NCBI GenBank assembly: GCA_002269645.1
Contig: NIVC01000085.1
Coordinates: forward strand, 868,001 to 932,000
DNA: 64,000 bases
DNA from: Macrostomum lignano
Taxonomy: Eukaryota
Reading direction: 5' to 3'
The number at the start of each line of letters is the position of its first letter. The stretch's first letter is position 1. Both the position numbers and the translations under genes were made by a program. Positions 56,650-64,000 of this stretch are shown piece by piece. Under the pieces are notes generated by a model that saw only the letters and a list, made by a program, of their open reading frames with translations, made no database searches and was not told the origin of the DNA.

Positions 56650-56771
56650 CCATAATCGATTCTAGCTAGCATGACTAAGCATTTTTTAGCCTGAACTGAA
56701 CTGCGCATAACCATAATCGATTCAAGCTAGCATGATTAAGCATTTTTTAGACTGAACTGAACTGCACATAA
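56650..56771. repeat. 61-bp direct duplication
   Basis: CCATAATCGATTC(T/A)AGCTAGCATGA(C/T)TAAGCATTTTTTAG(C/A)CTGAACTGAACTGC(G/A)CATAA occurs twice in tandem. Confidence 0.9.
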
Positions 56772-57128
56772 CAAAGGCTCTACAAGGCTCTCGGCTCTAG
56801 TTTCTGACCTCAAGTAAGAGAAAAAGAGAGCTGAATGCACATAAGCAAATGCTGTCTGTGAACTGGGGCAGAGCTCACACCAGTTAATTGCACACCGGAA
56901 ATTGCACACCAGTTAATTGAAATACAAGGTCTGCCTGACACAAATGCAGGAGAAACTGTCTATCCAGCATACGTTCAAGCAACGTATTAGAAACGCCACC
57001 CCTTGCGAGCCGCATTTAAAGCAGACTTCACGTCCACACCTCTCGATATTAAAATGGCCGACGCCACCATGGAAGCCTACGATAAAGAACTGCAGAAGTT
57101 TTTCAAGGATATCATTGAATCTGGCGAT

Positions 57129-57344
57129 TTAGCCAACAGTCAGGGTTACATTGGGAACATTCGACCAACCTGTAAAATCATTCAGATAAACATGATAATT
57201 TGCTTCAGCATCCAATCGAATAGGCTGCTCCAGTTTTTCTATAAACACTCCATTCGATTCAGTAATCCTTCCAGTAACGGTAATCGGAATGCTTTTCTTT
57301 GAGTGTGAAACAACATTGTTCAATCTTTCGACGATGGCTTCCAT
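57129..57344 (-). pseudogene. Minor capsid (penton-like) protein, 3'-truncated
   Basis: IPITVTG..FIEKLEQPIRLD..NYHVYLNDFTGWSNVPNV fits the N-terminal F-x-x-PI-x-L...W-x-x-PN(I/V) pattern of Polinton minor capsid proteins. Only 71 codons remain. Confidence 0.6.
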
Positions 57345-57378
57345 TTTTCTAACCTACTTTTTACTTTATTTTTTAAAC

Positions 57379-58668
57379 CTAAACTTTACTGGACGAATTA
57401 TTGATCAGGTTTACCTTCATTTTCCTCTACAACGCATAGATAATAAACAGATCAACAGCAGTCACAGCACCTTGTTGTTTCCTCTCAATATTTGTAACAA
57501 TATTAACAGGTCTATTGTCTGCAGGCATTTGTCTAGCTGACACGTCAACTCCGAAGATTGGGTACAACTCTTTATACTGTAGTGATGTCATGGCGATCCC
57601 ATTATTCTCTTTTACAGCCAGGTGTGCCAGTTCATTGTAAACTTTACTAATCTTGTTCTCTGAGAAATCTCCATTCTGTGGCAATGCGGGGTACAAATTG
57701 TCACTGATCTCATGTTGAACTGATCGAACGTTTCCATGTAAGTATCTACCTACACTAGTAGTACTCCTCATAGTGACAACAATGTACCTTGGATTGCTAC
57801 AGGAGCCTTCTTTAATGCAAATATTGTGTCTAGTGTCATTGCGCTCATCTCTACACATATAAGCTGTATAGGCAACATCAATATCCTTCTCAATAGCCTT
57901 CAAGTATTCTGCTTTTAGTGCAGTCTTTAGCTCAATGGTTTCAAGATACAACTCCACACCAGCTAATTTTACCTCCATCATCGTGTGGTTAGCTCCAGTC
58001 CAAATTCCTCGATCCCGATCATCTCTAGTCAACCTAAATGTGTAGCTAAAGTTGCTTGTCAACCGATTGAAACTATTACAGAAACCACTCATAAACCTCA
58101 AAGGTACAAAAATATCTACAGACCTGGATTCTTGGCCGCATCATCTGCCCCTGCAAGAGCATAGTTGTATCTCTCCTTTCTCTTTTTATAACCGGGATCA
58201 TTCACATCCCCTTTGTGCTCATTGGGAATAAAGCCAGCTCCACTCCCCAACTGGATGAAATCCGGGTTCTCAATCAAACACTGAGTGTCATAGACAATGC
58301 CAAAAATTGGCTATTCTCTCCAACTCTGTGCTTCCATTCGACACGCTAAACTCTTTGAACATGTACGCCCAAAAGTTACTAATCAATGTCACATTTGCAT
58401 TGTGTAGATCATCATTAGCATGAGCAGCGTCTGCGCCACCTTTTGTCTTGAATTGGAAAGTCATGTAGAATTCACTTCTTAGACTGTGAACACTGACCAA
58501 TGACGAGCAACCATTGTATGTAAAAGTCAACGTTTGACCTGGACCTAAATTAGTTTCATTCTGGTTCTCATGACTAGGAACTCTAACTTGTGACGCTTTG
58601 ATGGTGCTGTCATCACTCAAAATTGGTTTGTTAATATTGTAGAAAACTGGTGTCAGAGGATCGTTCAT
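57379..58668 (-). pseudogene. Major capsid protein (double jelly-roll, Polinton/adintovirus type), disrupted
   Basis: Reconstructed length about 430 codons: MNDPLTP..PILSDDST..TLISNFWAYMF..ELERIANFGI..AGF..VDIFVPLRFMSGF..NPRYIVV..LYP..PIFGVDVS..LFIIY. Two compensating 1-nt frameshifts (about 58305 and 58135) and a premature TAG at 57427-57429. Confidence 0.72.
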
Positions 58669-58711
58669 TTTTTTAGCAAATATTTTAGATGAAAATAAAA
58701 ATATATAAAAA

Positions 58712-60042
58712 ATGAAACAAAAACTCTTCAATCGTATCACTGAACTGGATAAGCTAGCACAAGCGGAGAAACGAGTCACTAACTTAATCAACAAAGAGCA
58801 ACAGTCATACAATGAGTTCATTCAAGCGGCCACCGAGTTTCACAAACCTTGTTACACAGAAGCGAAGAAAACCATTGACACAGTAAAGTAGGTGATATTC
58901 AAGAAAGTCAGCTGCAAAATGTTTTGTCTAACATTCCAACTGTCACAACCCCTCAGCAACCTCAACCATCCCAGCAACCTCAGCAACCTCAGCAACCTCA
59001 GCAACCTCACCAACCTCAGCAACCTCAGCAACCTCAACCATCTCAGCAACCTCAACAACCTCAACAACCTCAACCATCCCAGCAACCTCAGCAACCTCAA
59101 CAACCTCAACCATCTCAGCAACCTCAGCAACCTCAACAACCTCAGCAACCTCAACAACTAAAAGTAAATGATAACTTTTTTGGTCCAGTAGGGGAGCAAG
59201 CAGCCAGTGGGTTTAAATATGTCTTTGGAATTAGCAAATGGCGAGAGCAAATTACTAATCAACCAGCGGACTATCACCTAGAAGTCACAACACAAAGCAT
59301 ATCTGTCATCAAAGATCAAAATTCTAAACGAATCCCCTTTACTCAAAGTTTACTAGACTACATGACTAAAAATCAGGAAAAAATATCGGAGAAGCAGTTA
59401 AAGAATTATAGAGATCTAGTTACCTTCGCTTTAGAGAGGGATATAGACATTCTCAAGACCCCGGAAATTTTACTATTTTTACATAAAAACGGAGTATTCT
59501 TGAACACTTTTAGAAAATATAAACACTTTAAAAAATGGTTTAATTTACCGGATCAAGAAGAGGTCATACAGAGGGCTCTTCAAACCCAATCCCAAGCGGC
59601 TACATCTCAAACCCGATCTCAAGGGGCTACACCTCAAACTCAAACTCAAACTCAAAAGCAACCTACAACTGAAGAAGTACTAGAAGCACTCGAGAAAGTA
59701 GAACCAAATAAGATTGCCCAGTACAGAAACCAGCACCCAGATGAATGGCAGCGTTTGCAGCAAATCTATCCAGAACGAATGAAGCGAATCAGTGATAGAG
59801 TATTTACACCCCGACAACCGTCTCCAGGGACTTCATCTTCCGATCTGTCTTTTGAATCACCAACAGGTGATGGCTTGCCAGATGCTTACAAGCGGTTAGC
59901 TGTTCTCCTTGGCGCAGCAAAGACCGGAATGAAGGATGAGAATAGAAAAGAGTTTGTTCACATCTTAGACAAAATGTTAGAGAAGAAGTATATCGATAAA
60001 AGAGCAAGAGAACTTTTGCTTTCACGGTTTAACAAAAAATAA
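58712..60042 (+). pseudogene. Viral ORF of unknown function with a PQQ repeat (one frameshift near 58870)
   Basis: MKQKLFNRITELDKL.. (frame of 58712) shifts into the open frame 58879-60042. C-terminus TGDGL..YKRLAVLLGAAKTG..EFVHILDKML..YI resembles a C-terminal motif recalled from Polinton-like element proteins. Confidence 0.55.
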
Positions 60043-60058
60043 ATTTCTATTTAAAAAG

Positions 60059-63000
60059 ATGCCAATCATTTTCGAAAAAGACATACAACAACAACAACAA
60101 CAACAAGGTACTGCTCCCGCCGGCCACGAACAGTAGCCAGAAAGGGGGGAGCAGTCAGAAAGCGCATCTCTGGGCCATTGCCCTCAGGAAGTCGCATCCC
60201 CCTGCTTGGTCCGGGGCGCCAGCGTCACTCAGAAGTCGGTCAGGGTATCGCACCGTTCGCCCTTGGCCTCGCCTCCGCGGTCCCTGCAGCTTGAGCAGCA
60301 GCACGTCGTGTAGCGGCTCAGGACAGCGGGCCTCCGACCGGATGACGTGGCCAGCCAGTCGAAGTCGCCGCCCGCGCAGCAGGTCAGAAGGCCGCGTCAG
60401 GCGCGCCCTCGTGTAGAGCGCGGCATTGGTCTCGCTGCCTGGGCCGCTGCGCACTCCGAAAGCCGCACGCAGCATTGCCGCATGCGCAGCGTCCAGCTGC
60501 CTCTCCAAGGCGTCCGTCAGGGTCCAAGTCTCGGCGTTGTACAACAGGACAGTCTCGACAACTGCCTGAAACAGCCGAGCCTTGAGCCCGTCGTCCAGGG
60601 CCTCAGATTGGAGCACGGAGCGCACAGATTGAAATGCGGCCCAGGCCAGTCCTCGTCGTCTCTTCAGGTCGTCGGCAACGTCCGGCACGGAGCCGCCGAG
60701 GTACACAAAGCGCTCGCAGCGGGTAAGCATAAATGCATTCCCGGCAGCGTCTCGGTAATTGATCTCGGCCGGCAAGTCGGAGGGCACCGTGAACACTACC
60801 GTCTTCCGCGCGTTCAGCTTAAGGCCGACCCGCGCCGCTGCCGCCGTCAGGCCATCAAGCAGCCGCTGGGCACCTTCAGCCGTCGATGAAAGTAGCGCGA
60901 GGTCGTCCGCATAGCCGAGAACGGAGAGCCGCTTCTCCGGGTGCCGCCGACTCGTGCGTCTTCTCAAAAGGAAGCAGTCATCCAGGTTGGGCAGGCCGGT
61001 TCTCAGCACCCAGTCCAGTGCCAGCACAAACAGAAAAGGCGCCAAAGTGTCACCCTGCAGCACGCCTGGCGACGTGCTGAATTGGTCTGACAGTCCATCT
61101 GGCGTCATCACCGAAGCGGTCGTGTCCTGGTACATCGCCATGATGGCGGAAATCAGTTGCTCCGGTACATTGTACGCACGAAGCACGAGAGGCAGCGCGC
61201 CGCGAGCCAGCGAGTCGAAGGCCTTGAGGAAATCAATGAAGATCACCACGAGACTTGACTGATGGATGCGCGCCTCCTCGATGATGCGGCGGAGGGCTAG
61301 GATCTGCGTCACTGTGCCGCGATGTGGGCGGAACCCGTTCTGCTCAGTTCGCAGGAACTGGTCCAGCACAGGCTGTAACCGAGCCAGCAGCACCCGGTTG
61401 AACAGCTTCGCGGCGCAGGACATAAGCGAGATCCCTCTGTGCTCCTCCTTTCGTGTCGTGCCTGGCTTCTTCGGGATCGCGACGATGTGCTCGGTTGTCC
61501 ACTCGCGGGGCGCGGCATCTCCAGAGAGGACACCGTTCATCACACGAGCCACCTCAATGGCGACCCTTGTGACTCGCAGCACCTCGATAGGCACCTCGTC
61601 CGGTCCCGGGGCGCGACCTCCCGGCGCCTGGCGAGCGAACTGCACAATGTCGTTGCTGGTCACTGGCTGGGTGTTGAAATCTTCCTGCGACGGCAGCGCC
61701 GTCTCGAGCGGCAGTGGCATCACTTCTGGCAGAGGCGGTGGCGGCGCGTTGACGATATCGGCGAAGAAGTCGCGTAGCTCATTTCTGCGCGCTTCTGGCG
61801 TGTCGCCGGTCAAGTTTAGCACCGTTTTCTTCTTGCGACCAGTCAAGGCGTTGATTGTCGGCCATACGAGCCGATTCCGTTGGTCGAACCCTGCGGAGGT
61901 GACGCTTCGGATGGCATCGTCAACAGCGGCTTGCTGCCGCCTGACATAAACGTCTGACAGGGCTTTCTCGGCCTCTGCCGTCGGTCTCCTGGACCGTCGC
62001 AGCCTCTCGACTGTCCGCCTCGCCTCTTGAACCTCCTTGTCATCCGCCCAGACAGGGAGACTACGGGCTGCAGATTTCATCAGTGGCAGAGTTTTGCTCG
62101 CTGCCGTCGCTACTGCCGCGCTAATTTCAGAGTAGTTACCGGTGCTCGCAGACTCTCCCAGTGCGGTGGCAAACGCGTACGCGAACCTGCCGCGGGTGCT
62201 AGAATCTCGCAGAGCCCGGAAGTAGCGGCGTGGGGGTCGCTTGGGCGGCCTGTACAGCGGATCCCGGATGCGAAGGTTGCAGAAAAGCAGGCGGTGGTCG
62301 GATCGGATGGACAGCGGGGCCATCGTGTCGCAGTCTGTCACCCGACTGCGCTCGCGGTTACGAACAAGAATGTGGTCGAGCTGGGCCCGGCGCGTCGTGG
62401 CGTTTCGGCGCGCGTTCCGCTTTCTTCGCTTACAACCAGCAAAAGTCGCCAAACGAAAAGCAGGCTTGCGGAAGCGCGTGTTCGCCGACACCAGATCTTG
62501 CCGCGACATAAGGTCCGCAAGCGCACTAGAGTTGCCATTCTGGCGCGGGGACACGAACGGGGAGCGCTGGGACCTCTCCGCGACAGCGTTGAGATCGCCA
62601 AGCACCACCAGAGTGTCACGCATTGCGACCGACTCGAGCTGCTCCGACAGGAAATCAAAGAACTCCTGCGCCTCATGCTGATGGGCAGCTGTCGGTGCAT
62701 ACGCGCAGAACAGCCGGGCGTTACGGCCTCGCAGTCTCACATCCACACGCAGAAGCCGAGGTGACACAGGGACACAGCAGACACTCTGCTGCAGCCGCGG
62801 TCCGACTAGAGCGCCGACTCCTCCACGTCCTCGACTGTCCGCTGAGGTGAAAAACAGGGTCCAGCCGGCACCGAGATCCTCACGTTGGAGGCCGTCCTGC
62901 GTCACAATTGAAACTTCCTGCAGCATCACAATGTCCAGCTGCAGATCGGATGCCAGCTGCGCCAGCATTCCCCTCCTCCAAGCAGGTTTGAGAGTGCGAC

Positions 63001-63784
63001 AGTTGAAGGTGGCAATTCTAAACGCGCTTCCTGGTACAGCTGGGGCCCGGACTTGTTGGGCCTCACGGTCTCCTGCGCTACCAGGCAGAACCGATTGGAT
63101 AGGGGCCGGGTCAAGCAAACTTGCAGACTTGCGAAAACGACCTTTCAGCCGTCCTCGCCTGTTGCGCTCACGCCGCCGCTGGATGCGCCGGTGGAGACTT
63201 CGTTTGCCTCGCCGGTTGCCCTTCCTGCCGCTGTTAGCAGCCGCAGCGTCCGTGTTAGCAGAGCGCGGCTCACCGCTCTCACCTGGGCAAGCGCCAGCCA
63301 GATGGCAAGCGTCACCCGGAGGTCGCAGCATATTTGCACCGAAGTGCAAATTTAATAGAACATACAAAAATACTACGATGAAGAGGAACTCAATCTTATG
63401 AAACGTGGATCTGGTCTATTTCCTGCAGGCCACTATCCAAGAAAAGAACGCTCTGGAAATGGCCTCGCAGATCTGATCGCACAAGGGGCCCGGATCTTTA
63501 AGGTTGTTGGTGAGAATAAGGAAAATATAAAGAATATTGCTGAAGCAGCCAGTAGTGTAGCTACAGCGGCTAAAAAGATTAAGGATACAGTCAATGAAAG
63601 CAAACAAAACACAGTTGTTCAACCGCTTGCTCCGCTTGCTCCAACTGCTGACAGCATTGATCCATCTATCTACGCTTCAAATTTGACTAGGGTGCAAGAC
63701 CTGTTGAAAAAAGACACACAGCTGACAGAAAAAGAGACAAATCCCAACACAAAAGACACACAGGTGACAGAAATAGATAAATGA
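60059..63784 (+). pseudogene. Small viral ORF (148 aa when reconstructed), split by the RTE insertion
   Basis: 60059-60088 (MPIIFEKDIQ) joins in frame to 63368-63784 (KYYDEEELNLMKRGSGLF..RSGNGLADL..) once the LINE and one TSD copy are removed. Confidence 0.75.
60089..63359 (-). mobile_element. Full-length RTE-clade LINE, intact APE+RT ORF (ATG 63331 to stop 60155, 1058 aa)
   Basis: APE motifs IATFNCRTL, LQEV, LGDLNA, LDHILV, SDHRLL; RT motifs QNGFRPHRGT, FIDFLKAFDS, GVLQGDTLAPFLF, YADDL, YLGG; 3' (TTG)n tail; TSD ACATACAA at 60081-60088 and 63360-63367. Confidence 0.96.
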
Positions 63785-64000
63785 CCAACAAAAATACACA
63801 CAAAAAAACTAAAAATGAAATAAAAATGGACTTTTCAAACGACTTCTATCCCCATTGGACACGCAATCAGATACAATTTTCTCGCAACAATATTATTCCT
63901 GGGTACTTCCGATGCATTGTTGTCGGTTCATCTGGTTCAGGGAAATCCTTCAGAGTTTTTAACATGCTGCTCAGACCTGGATTCCTCGATTATGACACAC
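63781..64000 (+). CDS. A32/FtsK-like DNA packaging ATPase, 5' part (likely start ATG 63826)
   Basis: Open to the window end: FRCIVVGSSGSGKSFRVFNMLLRPGFLDYD, with Walker A GSSGSGKS at 63925-63948, in a capsid-gene context. Confidence 0.82.
   Translation, partial: MTNKNTHKKTKNEIKMDFSNDFYPHWTRNQIQFSRNNIIPGYFRCIVVGSSGSGKSFRVFNMLLRPGFLDYDT

Larger units (their letters stand above)
57054..64000. mobile_element. Endogenous Polinton/Maverick-like (adintovirus-like) DNA virus segment, incomplete at the window edge
   Basis: AT-rich, intronless, tightly packed genes with A-rich start contexts: minor capsid, major capsid, two unknown ORFs and a packaging ATPase. The left boundary is uncertain (56489-57145). 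Confidence 0.8.

Noticed and set aside
58669-58821. N-terminal extension of the capsid ORF given in the ORF track
   Set aside because: It is antisense to the plus-strand ORF at 58712; the A-rich ATG at 58668 is the more plausible start.
63240-63359. HDV-like ribozyme at the RTE 5' end
   Set aside because: A P4-like hairpin and CUAA are present, but no consistent P1/P2/P3 pseudoknot could be built and the element does not start with G.

Overview
Animal genomic DNA with GC-rich exons, GT-AG introns and a dense minisatellite load; the style resembles the flatworm Macrostomum lignano, which is an inference. From left to right it contains: (1) a two-exon INSIG gene (2803-5761, +); (2) a complete CFAP46/TTC40 ciliary central-pair gene of about 35 exons (7750-39456, +, about 3,000 aa) in which most introns carry their own tandem repeat; (3) a Mab-21/cGAS-like nucleotidyltransferase gene on the minus strand, whose catalytic exon (55914-56284) and C-terminal exon (44440-45929) join in phase across a 9,984-bp intron holding piggyBac, RNase H-bearing LINE and Gypsy remnants; (4) directly upstream of that gene, an AT-rich, intronless, endogenous Polinton/Maverick-like (adintovirus-like) DNA virus segment. 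The viral segment has a truncated minor capsid gene, a decayed major capsid gene, two plus-strand ORFs and an A32/FtsK-type packaging ATPase that runs off the window end, and a full-length RTE LINE with an 8-bp TSD sits inside one viral gene. The main leads are the endogenous virus next to a cGAS-like receptor, and complementary intronic repeats flanking CFAP46 exons 15-22 in a back-splicing geometry. Family assignments come from recognised motifs only; no database search was run.
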